Source: the human T2T-CHM13v2.0 reference genome, Homo sapiens
Length of the DNA stretch: 64,000 nt
Assembly: GCF_009914755.1 (NCBI RefSeq)
Contig: NC_060928.1
Direction: 5' to 3' (one strand)
In this document: positions 30,642 through 45,402 of the stretch, in pieces
How the letters are laid out: each line of letters begins with the position of its first letter
Numbering within the stretch: the first letter of the stretch is position 1
Translations under genes and position numbers: made by a program
The notes under the pieces: generated by a model
Told to the model about the DNA's origin: nothing
The model's input: only the letters and a program-made list of their open reading frames with translations
Database searches by the model: none

Positions 30642-31214
30642 ATGTTTTTAATGTGATTAATTCAGCAAACACTTGTTGGATATCTACTCACTCGTTTAAC
30701 AAATGCTTATTGTATGCTCAGTATTCTACCCATTTGAGATAGAGTGACAATCAAGACAAGCAAAGTCCCAAATCACAAGAAGCCTACAGTCTAGAGTGAG
30801 AGGTGTTTTATAATTAAGGGTGAGGAGCTGGATCCGTTGAAGGCCTTCAAAAGGCAGGTTGAAAATTTAAATAAAATTCAGACTATAGTAAGAAAATGGG
30901 CCAAGAAGTCTGAATTCTTCATTGGACCTCAATTTTCAAGATATAATAGCAAATATTATAATGTTGAATGGAATTTCAGGGTTACAATATTATTTTTTTC
31001 CAAAGATAGGTTACTTTTGATGACAATATCAATTAAATTAGCAATGCCAGGAGTCTTGAGTCACATTTGTTTATAGAGCTCTGACAAAAACATGTTTGTT
31101 CAGCCCTGCCCCATGCTCTTGTTTAATGTGTATGGAAGCTGGAAGAGTTCTATGAGTCTAACATAATTAGTTGTCCATAATGAATAAACTATATGGGCTC
31201 TGTGAATCTTATGC

Positions 31215-31460
31215 ATGCAGCAGAGTAAAGTGGTTAAGAGCACGAATTTTAAAGCCAAACTGCCTGGGTTTGCATCCTGACACTATTCATTACTTACTAG
31301 GTGTGCACCCTTGAACAAATTAAACTACTTAGCCTGACCCTTCAGGCTCCTCATCTGCTAAACAGGCATAATAATAGTACCTACCTCGGTTGTGACGATT
31401 AAATGCATGCATATGTGTACAGTGCTAGAAGTGGGCCTGTTCCATCGTAAGTGCTAGTTA
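31215..31460 (+). mobile_element. MIR
   Basis: gtggttaagagcac...ctgcctgggtttgcatcctg...cctcatctg...ataatagtacctacctc is the MIR core. Confidence 0.75.
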
Positions 31461-32201
31461 GGTGTTTCTTTCAAGGACTAAGGCTCATTTTGTCTGCCTT
31501 ATGTTACCCAGTTTTGACTCTTAGAAACTGGTTAGTTTTTAGAGATGGAGGGAAAAATCCATATTTTATAATAGTTTCAGAGGAATCAAAATTGTGGAAA
31601 GCACCTTATAAATCATGTGGTCTAGTCCCTTCATTTTATACATGAGAAAATTGAGACCCCAGAAGCTGAGTTACATGTCTAACATGACTTTAAATAGTCT
31701 CCCATTAGGCAGGTAAACCCAATGTAGCTTAATAGTGTGGGTCACCGTAATTCAGCTGTGATCATGAAATATCCAGATTATTTGAGCCACCTCGGATTAC
31801 AAAGACCCACTAAATTAAACTGAGATCTAAGATCTTCAATGTACTCAAGGCTACAAATGGGATAAGAAAACTCAAGTAAAATTCAAGCTTGCTGATTTTA
31901 ATTTATGATCATAATGTACTGTCCTGAGGGAAGCACACATAAAAGATACATGGTAACAGTTGTGTTGTATTAAGGGAGAGCATGTCTATAAAAGTATTTT
32001 TTCCTAAGATTTTATAATCTGTTAGCTCTTTGTTGGTGTCAGCTGAGTTTCTTGTTGATCTCAGACAATGAGTTTACTCTTCTGTCACTCTCTTATGTTC
32101 AGTGATATATCTGTGATGACAGATAAAGATCTGTCTTTAAAGATGCATGCACAACTGTGACTGTATGTTTTGTAAGTAAAGCAGTTATGCAAGAATGTAA
32201 C

Positions 32202-32505
32202 TTTTCTTTTCTTTTTTTATTTTTTGAGACAGGTTCTCACTCGGCTGCCTAGGCTGGAGTGCACTGGTGCAATCTTGGCTCTCTGCAACCTCTGCCTCCT
32301 AGGTTCAAGTGAATCTCGTGCCTCAGCCTCCTGAGTATCTGGGATTACAGGCGTGTGCCATCACACCCGGCTAATTTTTGTATTTTAATTGAGATGGGTT
32401 TCACCATGTTGGCCAGGCTGGTCTTGAACTTCTGATAGCATGTGATCTGCCTGCCTGTGCCTCCCAAAGTGCTGGAATTACAGGCGTGAGCCATTGCACC
32501 TGGCT
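32202..32505 (-). mobile_element. AluS
   Basis: Reverse dimeric Alu with T-rich tail. Confidence 0.93.
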
Positions 32506-32524
32506 GACTTTCCTTAATTTTAAA

Positions 32525-34760
32525 AATATACTTTAATGTTTAGAGCAATTTTAGGTTTACAGCCAAATTAAGAGGCCGATACAGGGATTTCCCATATTCC
32601 CCAGCCCCTACACATACATAGCCTCCTCCATTATCAACTCTCCCGGCCAGAGTGATACATTTGTTACAATTGATGAACCTGCATTGACACATCATAATCA
32701 CCCAGGGTCCATCCATAGTTTACTTTAATTAGGGTTCCCTGTTGGTATTGTGCATTCTGTGGGTTTGGACAAATTTATGACATGCCTCACCATTACAATA
32801 TCATGCAGAGTAGGTTCACTACCCTAAAAATCCTCTGTGCTCTGCCTCTTTATCCCTCCCTCCCTCCTAACATCTGGCAACTACTGATTTTTTTTTTACT
32901 GTCTCCGTTTTCTAGAATGTCACAGAGTTGGAATTATACAGCACATATGTAGCCTTTTCAAACTTCATTACACTTAGTACTATGCATTTAAGTTTCTTCC
33001 ATGTCTTTTTATGATTTGCTAACTCATGTGTTTTTTATTATTAATAATTTTTCATTGTCTAGATGAACTATAGTTTATCCATTCACCTACATAAGGACAA
33101 CCTTGCCTCCAGGATTTGGCAATTATGAATAAAGCTGCTATAAATACTCATGTGTAGATTTTGGTGTGAACATAGCTTTCAACTGCTTTGGGTAAATAAC
33201 AAAAAGTACGATTGCTGGCTCATATGGCAAGAGTATGCTTAGTTTTGGAAGAAATTGCCAAACTGTCTTTCAAACTGGCTGTACCTGTACATTTTGCAGT
33301 CCACCAGCAATGAATGAGAGTTCCTGCTGCTCCACATCTTTGCCAGCATTTGGTGTCAGTGTTCTGGATTCTGGCCATTCCAGTAGGTGTGTAGTGGTAA
33401 CTCCTTGTTTCAATTTGTATTTCTCTGATGACATATTATGCGGAATGTCTTTTCATATTCTTGTTTGCCATCTGTATATGTTGCTTGGTGAAGTATCTGT
33501 TAAATCGTTGGCCCATATTTTAATCAGGTTGTTTGCTTTCTTATTGTTGAGTTTTAAGAGTGTTGTATGTTTTGCATGGCACATGTATACATATGTAACA
33601 AACCTGCACGTTGTGCATATGTACCCTAGAACTTAATAATTTAAAAAAAGAGTGTTGTATGGTTTGGATAACAGTCCTTTATCGGTTGTTTTTTGGAAAT
33701 ATTTTCTCTTAGCCTATGGCTTTTCATTTCATTCTCTTGATAGTGTCTTTTGCAGAACAGAAATTTTTAATTTTAGTGAAGTCCAGCTTTTCATCTCTTA
33801 ATTTATATTATACCTTTGTTGTCATATCTAAGAAGTTGTTGCCAAAGCCAAGGTCATCTAGAATTTCTCCTGTGTTATATTATAGGAGGTTTATAGTTTT
33901 GTGTTTACATTTAAGTCTGTAAACTATTTTGAGTTAATTTTTATGAAGGGTGTAAGGCATGTACCTAGTCATTTTTTCTGTGTGAATGTCTACTTGTTCC
34001 AGCACCATTTGTTGAAAATATCTTTTACTCATTGCATTACTTTTGCTCTTTTGTCAAATATCAGCTGATCATAATTCTATTTATGTGCATTTGCATCTAT
34101 GTGACTCTTTTTGGGCTTTGTATTCTGTTCCACTGATCTATTTGCTTAGTCTTTTGTCAGTACCACATCGTGTTGATTACTGTCAGTTATATTTAAGTCT
34201 TGAAGTTAGGTAGTGTCAGATCTCTGATTTTGTTCAGCCAACCCAGAGTTGGCTATTGTAGGTCTTTTGTCTGTACATTTAAACTTCAGTATAAGTTTGT
34301 CAATATCAACAAAATAATTTGCTGGGATTTTGATTGCGATTCCTAACTTGATTCTATCAATCAAGTTAGGAAAAACTGACATCCTTACAATTTTGAGTCT
34401 TCCTATCTATTAACATGGAATATCTTTTCATTTATTTAGTTATTCTTTGATTTCTTCAATCAGAGTTTTGTAGTTTTTCTCATCTAAATCTTGTACATAT
34501 TTTGTTAGATTTATATCTAAGTGTTTCATTTTTTGAAGTGCTAATGTAAACAGTATTGTGTTTTTAATTTTAAATTCCACTTATTCATTGCTGATATATA
34601 GGAAAACAATTGACTTTTGCATATTAACCTTGTATCCTCCAACCTTGCTATAATTGCTTTTGTTTTCCTAATTCTTTTGGATTTTCTACACAGATGATTA
34701 TGTCATCTGCAAACAAAGACAGACATTTGCAACAATATTGAAAAACATTGTTGAGGTGAC
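32525..34760 (-). mobile_element. Old L1 (L1MC-like) 3' portion
   Basis: Begins with a reverse L1MC-type 3' end (tttagagcaattttaggtttacagc) and continues into reverse ORF2 (gttccagcaccatttgttgaa, atgtcatctgcaaaca). Confidence 0.8.
33575..33647 (+). mobile_element. Extremely 5'-truncated L1PA insertion (73 bp)
   Basis: L1PA terminal 3'UTR plus short A tail between a 19-bp TSD AAGAGTGTTGTATG(T/G)TTTG (33556-33574, 33648-33666). Confidence 0.9.
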
Positions 34761-35339
34761 ATTCTTTCTTTGTTCCTGAAAACTTTCCTTAAATTTTTGT
34801 AAGTCATATTCATTTCCATTTTGAATCTGCGTAAGTGGAGAAATATTCACCGTCAACAGTTTGGTGTCCCCTTGCTTTCCTTGAGTTGATTCATCTAATG
34901 CCAAGACATTGTGTGAGGCTTCATTGGTTCCTTGGTTGTTTGTCTACACAGCTCTCTGCTGAGATGTGAGTCATTGCCCATCTGGTTCTCTATTCTCTGT
35001 CTATGCAGTTCACCCCTGAGGCGCCCCTCCATCTTGTTGGGCAGCCGCTTTAGTACTGTTCAAACTCTCTATTCCTTCTACACCTAGTTTAAGGATGCTG
35101 GAATCATTTGGTTACTTCTCCTGATTTTTGTGAATTTGCCTAAGTTTGGGACAGTTTAAGACATAACACACGGTCATTTTCTTTGTGGGGTCTTGTCTTG
35201 CCCCTTTCCTGAGGGCTTTCCTAGAAAGGACTCTCTTTTTCTCTCACAAGATACTATTGCTTTTCCTTGCCTTTCCTATGCTATTCCAGAAAAAAGGAGT
35301 CTTTCAGACAAGCCCCTTCTCTTCAACCACCATTATTGT

Positions 35340-36622
35340 TTTTAAAATAATTTCAACTTTTAGTTTAGATTCATGGGGTATATGTGCAGGTTTGTTATAT
35401 GAGTATATTGCCTAAGGTTTGTGATATAAATGATCTTGTCACTTAGGTTGTGAACGTAGTACCCAATAGTTAGTTTTCAACTCTTTCCCTTCTTTTCCTC
35501 CCCTCTTATTATTGATCCCCAGTGTCTATTGTTGCCATTTTTATGTCCACAAGTACCCAGTGTTTTGCTCCTACTTATAAGTGAGAATGTATGGTGTTTG
35601 ATTTTCTGTTTCTGCATTAATTCTCTTAGGATACTGGCCTCCAGCTGTGTTCATATTACTTCAAAGGACATGGGTAATTTTGTCCTTTTTTATGGCTGTG
35701 TAGTATTCCATAGTGTATATGTATCACATTTTCCATTTCTTTTTTTTTTTTAAATATTCTTTTTTCTTTTTATTTAACTTTTATTTTGGTATATGTGCAG
35801 GATTTTTATATAGGTAAACTTGTGTCATGGGGATTTGTTCTACAGATTATTTTATCACACAGGTAGTAAGCCCAGTACACATTAGTTATTTTTCCTTATC
35901 CTCTTGTTGCTTCCAACCTCACCCTCCAATAGGTCCCAGTGTGTGTTATTCTCCTCTATGTGTTCATGTGTTTTTATCATTTAGCTCCCGCTTATAAGTG
36001 AGAACATGCAGTATTGGTTTTTTGTTCCTGCATAAGTTTGCTAAGGATAATGGCGTCTGGCCTCCAGCTCCATCCATGTTTTTGCAAAGGACGTGATCTC
36101 ATTTTTTATGGCTTCATAGTATTCCATGGTGTTCTACATTTTCTTTATCCAGCCTACCATTAATAGGCACCTGGGTTGCTTCCATGTCTTTGCTATTGTG
36201 AATAGAGCTGCGATGAACATACAAGTGCATGTGTCTTTTTGGTAGAATGATTTATTTTCCTTTGGATATATATCCAGTAATGAGATTTCTGGGTTGACTG
36301 GTAGTTCTAATTTTAGTTCTTTGAGAAATCTCCAATCACTTTCCAAAGTGGTTGAACTAATGTACATTCGCACCAACAGTGTAGGTGTTCCATTTTCTCT
36401 GCAGCCTCGCCAGCATCTGTAATTTTCCAACATTTTCTTAGTAGTCATTTTGACAGGTGTGAGATGGTATCTTGTTGTGGTTTTGAGTTACATTTTTCTG
36501 ATGATTAGTGATGTTGAACATTTTTTCATATGTTTGTTGGCTGCTTGTTTGTTTTCTTTTGAGAAGTGTCTGTTCATATGTTTTGCCTGCTTTTTAAAGG
36601 GGTTATTTGTTTTTTACTGGAT

Positions 36623-36653
<31 letters not shown>

Positions 36654-37255
36654 TTTTGAGATGGAGTCTCACTCTGTTGCCCAGGTTGGAGTACAGTGGC
36701 GTGATTTTGGCTCACTGCAAACCTCAGCCTCCCAGGTTCAAGCAATTCTCCTGCCTCAGCTTCCTGAGCAGCTGGGATTACAGGTGCCCACCACCACACC
36801 CAGCTAATTTTTGTATTTTTAGTAGAGATGGGGTTTCTCCATGTTGGTCAGGCTGGTCTTGAACTCCTGACCTCAGGTGATCAGCATGCCTCGGCCTCCC
36901 AAAGAGCTGGTATTACAGACATGAGCCACCGTGCCTGGCTTTTTTGCTTGTTGGATTAAGTTCCTTCTAGATTTTGCATATTAGACTTTCGTTGGATGCA
37001 TAGTTTGCAAGTATTTTGTCCCATTCTGTACGCTGTCTTACTCTCTTGACAGTTTCTTTTGCTGAGCAGAGGCTCTTTAGTTTAATTAGGTCCCACTTGT
37101 CAATTTTTGTTTTTGTTGCAATTGCTTTTGAGGACTTAGTCATAAATTCTTTCCTAAGGCTGATGTCCTGAATGGTATTTCCTAGGTTTTCTTCTAGGAT
37201 TCTAATAGTTAGAGGTCTTATGTTTCAATCTTTAATCTATCTTGAGTTAATTTTT
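35340..37255 (-). mobile_element. Two adjacent older primate L1 3' ends (L1PB/late L1PA-like) with a nested Alu
   Basis: Reverse L1 3'UTR at about 35340-35735, a T tract, a second 3'UTR from about 35775, then the ORF2 C-terminus (ORF 36134..36448). Confidence 0.8.
36622..36940 (-). mobile_element. AluSx-like with (TTTA)n tail
   Basis: Reverse Alu interrupting the L1 ORF2 sequence. Confidence 0.94.
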
Positions 37256-37734
37256 CAGAGATCATATTCTTATTACTTTCCTCCACATCTGTTTTTTCTC
37301 CCCATCCTGATAGATTATTTCTAGCATCTTCTCAGATCCTTTTCTCTTTCTCAAATATTTCTCCCAAACATTCTGCTTATGTCAAGAATGCTTTCAGTTC
37401 CTCTAGGAGCTTAGGTTTTAGAAACTAACATTAAAAAAGAAACCCTTTGTTCATGCTTTTCATCCTTTACCTCCCTCCTCCAAAGCATTTAGCACACAAT
37501 GACTCAACAGGTTGATGACAAAAATTGACATTTTCTAAAGAAAAAAAGAGAGTGTACTAGATCAAGAAATGTTATCCCATCACATAGTTATTAATATTTA
37601 TTTTACTTTGTGGGGTTGGGTTGGCTTCAGTTTGTGTGTTTTTGTAACCATCCAGATGACAGTGATGGCAGTGTCAACCCCAAAGATTTTGGGAATCCTA
37701 TAAAATAAAGCAAACCGGAGGGTTTTTCTTGACA

Positions 37735-37990
37735 TTTTTTTCAATCGATATGTCTTAGTTGTCCATATTTTTCAGGTACATGTAATATTTTGATATGTGT
37801 GTATAAGGTATAATCATCATATCAGGATAATTGGGATATCTAACACCTCAAACATTTATCTTTTCTTTGTGTTGGGAATATTACAATTTTTCTCTTATAG
37901 GTGTTTTGAAATATAAATTATGATTCACTTCTTACTGTAGTATCAAATACTAGAATTTGTTCTTCTACTTAACTGTATTTTTGTATTAAT
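37735..37990 (-). mobile_element. L1MA 3' fragment
   Basis: acctcaaacatttatcttttctttgtgttgggaatattacaa matches a reverse L1MA 3'UTR. Confidence 0.6.
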
Positions 37991-39259
37991 CAAAGGCATT
38001 TTTATGTCATATTAAAACAGAAGTTAAGGATCTTCAGAGAAATGCTCTCTACCATGACACTATTTTTTGAATGATAAATGAGGATTATTTAACAATGAGC
38101 CCTAATTCATTTTGAAAAACAATTAGTACTAAATATCAGAAAAACGTATGAATTATACATAGTAAATATTATCTTCTGTATTTGTAGTGTAAACTGAGAC
38201 ACCAAAAAGTAACTCACCCCGAGTTTAGTGGCTGACCTAGTGGCCGACGTGTTTTAACATTTATATGCAGGTTTCTGCTATGCACCTAGCACTATTCTAA
38301 GCACTGTCCCTGAAATCATTTTCGAATTTGTGTGTAATATGACACTCATTGCAATTTTTAAAGGACTTTTTCACATTGGAAGGGGTAAAGTAATTTTCCC
38401 AGGGACTGTAGAAAACTGACATTATAATCCTGAGTTTTATTTCACCATATTGTTTCTTATAAATGTCTGTCCACCAATGTGTTAAAAATGGGCTCAGCAG
38501 AGTATGTGGGATATAACAATAAAATATATTTTTAGTATTTCCCAAAATTAGATCACTGTCATATTTAAGTGAATGATTCTTTTATTATATTAATCATTGC
38601 AGGTTTTAGAGCTGTAAACTGTCAACCGCATTACAGAATGATGAGACTCATTTGTTGATTCTTTGCCCATGAAATCTCCAGTTGATACACAAATGCCAGA
38701 CTCAGCATTTCTCCTTCTCCCAGAGATAGGCTAGTTCTTGAAGGTCATTTTTTTTGTGTAGACTTTCTGTAATTCATTTGCTCAGAGTATACTTTTCAAT
38801 GGACATAGTTCACTCCTTGTTGATTAGAGTTGTAGAGTATTTGCTGTCTGCCTGAGTTTTGCAAATTATCAGTGGTAAAGGATTAAAGTGTAAACATAAG
38901 GTCAATGGCCTTCAAAGTGGTGGATGGGCTGATATTACAGTTTAAAAATATTTAAATACATTTATTCTTTAATATATTGAAGGATTTCTACAGGGCATAT
39001 TTTTTAGGCAACAGAAATGAACTATGATCAGAGGCGATTCTAAAGTGTAAGGTGTTGGATCTTCTATATCTTAAATTTTGAAAGTACTATGAATGAATGG
39101 AAGTACATATTGCTTATTATTCTATTAAGCTATCACAGTCTCCTATCTTAGATTAGAGATTTTTTTGGTGTGTCTTTGCTTTTAATTTGCAAAATCCGTG
39201 TAAGGAATTAATGTGCATATTAATATTTTTGTGCTTCACAAAGGCTTAAAATTGTTTTT

Positions 39260-40467
39260 TTTTTCTTTTTTTAAATTATACTTTAAGTTCTGGGGTACAT
39301 GTGCAGAATGTGCAGGTTTGTTACGCAGGTTTACATCTGCCATGGTGGTTTGCTGAACCCATCAACCCCTCACCTACATTAGGTATTTCGCCTAATGTTA
39401 TCCCTCCCCTAGCCCCAAACTCCTTGACAGGCCCTGGTGTGTGATGTTCCCTTTCGTGTGTCCATGTGTTCTCATTGTTCAACTCCCACTTATGAGTGAG
39501 AACATGCAGTTTCTGGTTTTCTGTTCTTGTGGTAGTTTGCTGAGAATGATGGTTTCCAGCTTCATCCATGTCCCTGCAAAGGACATGAACTCATCCTTTT
39601 TATGGCTGCATAGTATTCCATGGTGTGTATGTGCCACATTTTCTTTATCTAGTCTATCACTGATGGACATTTGGGTTAGCTCCAAGTCTTTGCTCTAGTG
39701 AATAGTGCCACAATAAACATATGTGTGCATGTGTCTTTGTAGTAGAATGATTTATAATCCTTTGGGTATATACCAAGTAATGGGATTGCTGGGTCAAATG
39801 GTATTTCTAGTTCGAGATCCTTGAGGAATCGCCACACTGTCTTCCACTATGGTTGAACTAATTTACACTCCCGCCAACAGTGTAAAAGCATTCCTATTTC
39901 TCAACATCCTCTCCAGCATCTCTTGTTTCCTGACTTTTTAATGATCGCCATACTAACTGACATGAGATGGTATCTCATTGTGGTTCTGATTTGCATTTCT
40001 CTAATGACCAGTGATGATGAGCTTTTTAATAGCTTGTTGGCTGCAAATATGTCTTCTTTTGAGAAGTGTCTGTTCATATTCTTTCCCACTTTTTGATGGG
40101 GTTGTTTGTTTTTTCTTGTACATTTATTTAAGTTCTTTGTAGATTCTGGATATTGCCCTTCATCAGATGGATAGATTGCAAAAATTTTCTCCAATTCTGT
40201 AGGTTGTCTGTTCATTCTGATGATGATTTCTTTTGCTGTGCAGAAGCTCTTTAGTTTAATTAGATCCCATTTGTCAATTTTGGCTTCTCTTGTCATTGCT
40301 TTTGGTGTTTTAGACATGAAGTCGTTACCCATGCCTATGTCCTGAATGGTATTGCCTAGATTTTCTTCTAGGAATTTTATGGTTTTAGGTCTTACGTTTA
40401 AGTCTTTAATCCATCTTGAGTTAATTTTTGTATAAGATGTAAGGAGTTTCTGCATATGCCTAACCAG
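39260..40467 (-). mobile_element. 5'-truncated L1PA (L1PA7/8-like)
   Basis: T tail, reverse 3'UTR and ORF2 C-terminus (ORF 39901..40500). TSD TAAAA(T/C)TGTTTTT at 39247-39259 and 40468-40480. Confidence 0.9.
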
Positions 40468-41029
40468 TAAAACTGTTTTTAAAACAATGTAAAATCTCAA
40501 GAAAGATTTTGAGTTAACTCTTTGTCCAAATCAAACACAACTGGAAATCTATCTTGTTCTCTGCACAGATTATTTAAATCTTAGTGTCAAGATACATAGG
40601 CACCAATATATATATCACCAAGATAGGTATTATGTCTCTAAATCAGAGTGTGATGTGATTATCCAGTAATGGTTCATGGGGATAACCAAGTGATAGTAGA
40701 AAAAAAAAATTAATTTGGAACTCAGTAGGACTGCAAATAAGTAAAAATGGAAGCCTGGAAACTGAAAACAAATTCAAATTAAGTTTTCCTATCAAGGTAA
40801 ACTTAGTTTTTATTTTGTTTCATATATGTATGACCAATTAATAATAACTTAGTGAGTTTGCCCCATATGTTTCACCATATATTTAGCTCTCTTAAGTACT
40901 GTTGGTGACAAATAAATAAAATAACTGGGAATTTATGGCCCCTGCTGTCTTTAAAGTGCTTATAAGTTAGTTATAGAATAATAATAACATTCCTAACTCT
41001 GCTGCTAACCAGCAACATTACATTGCATA

Positions 41030-41945
41030 AGTGTCTGAGTCTACTTTTCTAGACTTGTACATCACAGATGCTCCTGATTTTCCTCTTACATTTCACCTTC
41101 TCCTTTTCACTGGCTTCCTCTGGCCTCCCCTCCACCCTCAGACTTCTAAATGTAGTATGGAAGTTTCCGCCCTCAGCACTCATCTCTTTCCTGTCTACAT
41201 TTTCCTCCTGGGTGATCAGATGATCTCTTTGAATACTATCTATGTACTAATTTTTTTCGAATTTTTATCCTTTGCCAGAAGTCCTCCCTTGAATTCTAGA
41301 TTCATATATTACACAACATCACATTTTTACCAGGATGTCTAACAAGTATTTCAAACTTAACAAGGCCAAACAGAACTAGTAACTACCTTCCTTAAGCCTA
41401 GTGTATATCCTCCCATTTCCCCCTTTCCATGTACCCCCCATTCCCAGTCTTTTCCATTTCCGTAAATGGTGACAACATTTTCTCAGTTGTTTAGGTCAAA
41501 ACCTGAGTCATTACTGAATCTTTTTCTTTCTTACATTTCACACCTAATTTTTCAGTAATTACTGGCAGTGCTACTCACAAAACATATTCAGAATGAAAAC
41601 ATTTTCAGAATATTCAGACCACTGCTGACCACTTTGTATGCTATTACCAGCATTCAGATCTCAATGAGAGTGTTACTTCCTCAGACAGCCCTTCTCTGAC
41701 ACCCTCAGGAAAGCTGTAGTCCTTCACTATCATACTCACTCTCAGTACCTGATTTTATTATCATCTTCAACTTATCTGTACATGGAAGGTTTATTTATTT
41801 ACTTGTTAATTTGCTGTCTTCTGCACTGGAATGTAAACTCTTTCAGGTCAAAGAATATGTACAGTCTATTCAATGTTGAATCCCCAGCACTTAGAATAGA
41901 GACTGGCACACGGTAAGTAATCAAAAAAATTTGCTGATGGTTTGG
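41030..41945 (+). mobile_element. L2 fragment
   Basis: L2 3' end ccccagcacttagaatagagactggcacacggtaagtaatcaaaaaaatttgctga. Confidence 0.7.
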
Positions 41946-42319
41946 TTAACTGGCCTTTATATTTTAATCTGTAAAACAAAGGGAATGAAACCAATGATCT
42001 CTAAGGACTTTTCTAGGCCTAAGATTCTTTTCTATTCTCTTAATACTGGATTGGTTTGAATAATGAGGATAGCAAAATGTCCAAGTTGTACCCATTTTCT
42101 AAGACCTAGTTAAGTCACATCTCTAACCACTTGGACCCATAGATCTTTCTTCCTTCCTGCGTGAACAACCATAGAGTCTCTGTGGGTTAGTTCATGGCTA
42201 GCCAAATACCTTTGCCTTATTAGTTAAGTGCGCTTGCATGCATATTTGTAATTGCAATTTCACTTGAACACTTTTGAAGTAAGACCCTGTGCTTGTCCCC
42301 CCTGCTTTTTCTTATAGCA

Positions 42320-42570
42320 TTAATGATAACACTAGTTAAAATTCACTGAGTGTCAATATGAGGCAGGCAATGTTTATACTTGATGAGCATTAACTAATTT
42401 AATTTTTACAGCTACCCCATAAATTAAGATTATTATTTATTCTCAAGAGAGAAAATCAAGGCATAGCATGTTGAAGTACCTTACCCACACAACTAGTAAG
42501 AAGTGGAGCTGGTATTCAAACTTGAGAAGTCTAATTCCAAACTAGTGCTCTTAATCAATACACGATAATA
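42320..42570 (-). mobile_element. MIR
   Basis: Reverse MIR-like sequence (attattattta...gaaaatcaaggcatag...ctagtaagaagtggagctggtattcaaac). Confidence 0.6.
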
Positions 42571-43103
42571 TTTCATGTGGTACCTAGCTCAGACACTAGA
42601 AATATGTGGGAAATAGAACAGACACTAGATATTCATTTGAGTGAGCTCGGTGAATAAATAAGAAATAGATAAAAATGTGCAGCGGTAGTTCTATGAAGTG
42701 ACTGTATATCTCACCCAGAAAATCTCTAGGTAATTACTGGAAAGACTCTCATTCTCATGAATACCTGGTTTTATTCTGACTGCTGCCTTCACATGGCTTG
42801 CATTTTTGTATTTATCATTCCACTTCACTCTGCTTCTGCTTAATCCAGCAGTTTTGTATCTGAGCAACCATCTGTCTTTAAACAAATTCCACAGATGTAA
42901 TCATCAGTACAGCTAAACCAAAAACAAATTCAAACCTAATCTTCCCAGAAGAGCAGAACTTGGTGTAGGTTAGAAAGACTTTAAGTGTTTTAAAGAGTAT
43001 TCTTTTTACCTGTTTTCTAGCAGTGATGAAGTAATAAGTAAAAAGAATGTCAGTTAAAATATAAAATAAAGCTTTGTGTGGCTGTTTAAAAAATTGTAGA
43101 ATA

Positions 43104-43429
<326 letters not shown>

Positions 43430-45094
43430 TTATTGTGAGACTCTGAAATTAGAACTAGTCATGGATGTTTCTCATTCCCAACATGGTTGCCAGTGTCTGT
43501 TTTCTTCTTCGGCATGTACTGCCCCATGTACTAATGATCTGTTTTGCTGCTGTGGGTTACAGGAAAGGTACAAAGAAGCCCTTATGACACTTAGAAAGCC
43601 TATTTAAGATAAGCAAATAATAAAGCACCAGACAAAAAGGGTACACCCTCATCTCAGGTCGCAATTCAATTTCCCTCCTCTCCCAAATTTTCTATTGCCA
43701 ATAGCAATGAATGTAGCTTTGTCAACATAATAATAGTTTTGAGGGACTATCAGAGAATAGTTGTCCTAATTTTTTGAAAGGCATTATAGGATATATATAT
43801 CTTGAATGCCTCTTTGCTGTTTTGTTCACTAGCTATTGACCTTGGGCAAGTTACTTAATCTTAGCTACTTTATGTTAACCTCAGTTTCCTCAATTGTAAA
43901 ATGCAATAATGACAATGCTATTCTAGTAAGAGTACCAGAGAAGCAAATATGCCACTGCTGGTAAAGCGCTGCTGAGAACAGGGACTGGCATGTTTGAAGG
44001 CATTTTATAAGTGCTTGTTAAACAAACAGGGCATCCCCTGCTGTCCTCTTTCCCCTCACACACTCAGGGATTCAGTAGAGTTAATATAGTTCTAATACAA
44101 AATAAATACACTTAAGATTTTAGTGTTTGCAGCTTTATAATGAATAAATGCAAAATTTCTATTATTGTTATTTTCAACTACTATTGGCAACAAACTCATG
44201 GACTTTTACTGTACTTTCATGGATATCAAGGAGTTGATGGACATCAGACTGGAAGTGGCTTATTTGTTCATTTATTTATTCATTTATTCATTCAGTCAAC
44301 AAATATTTATAGAGCACTTGCTACATGCTGGGAATGTATGTGATTACTTATGTGAATCTTAAATTTGCTAGAGATGGGGATATAGCAATCTTTGTTTTTT
44401 CATAATACAATCACTTGGAAATTTTTTACTCACTGAATTTAATTCATAGGTTTAATTACTATCTACTGTCTAGTACTGAACTGAGATTTTGTAAAGAATA
44501 CAGTGAATAGGGAAAATGTTTACTCTTATAAAATGATTACAATTTAATAAAATCTTATAAATTCAAGAGATGTAAATAAGAATGAAAACAAAGTAATACA
44601 GGTCATCAGAAGACAGTGAGAAGAATGTAAGCCTGGGAAAAGAGAAGGTCTGGAGGTGTGCTCTGGAGATGGGAAGATTTAGATAGATACAAAGCAGGGG
44701 AAATCATCATGGTGGGAGAAAGCCCAATAAGCAGAGATTTGTGTCTGAAAATGAACATGACCCCCTGGGAAAAAGGAAGATGGCCTCATAGCACCTTGCA
44801 CATCTTCTCATCTAGTATGGCATTTAATACCTTGTAGGCTTGCAAAAAATGTTACAGGGAGTATAACTGAGTTAATGGGAAAATTTATTCATGAAAGAGA
44901 ATAACAGATTATATTATGGAGATCATTTCTTCACATATTTGTTCATTTGTCTACTCACCTGTTTAACAGACATTGAACACACATGCGCCAGTCATCTGCT
45001 AGCCACTGGGGATACTGCTGTGATGGAGAAAGACAGAGCTTCTGCTTTCAGGGACATTATAAACTAGTGGAATCAGATTACAGAGTATGTTGCT

Positions 45095-45402
45095 TTTTTT
45101 TTTTTTTTTAAATTTGGAGACAGGGTCTTGCTTTGTTGCCAGGCTGGAGTGCAGTGGCATGATTATAGCTCACCGCAGACTTGAACTCCTGGGCTCAAGA
45201 AATCTCCCACCTCAGGCTTCTGAGCAGCTGAGACTACAGGTGTGCACCACCACATCTGGGCAATTTATTTATTTATTTATTTTTGTACAGACAGGATCTC
45301 ACTTTATTGTCCAGGCTAGTATCAATCTCCTGGGCTCAAGCAATCCTCCCAGTTTGGCCTTTCACAGTGTTGGGATTACAGGTCTGAGCCACCTTGTCCA
45401 GA
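45095..45402 (-). mobile_element. AluJ
   Basis: Reverse Alu with J diagnostics and a (TTTA)n middle tract. Confidence 0.9.
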
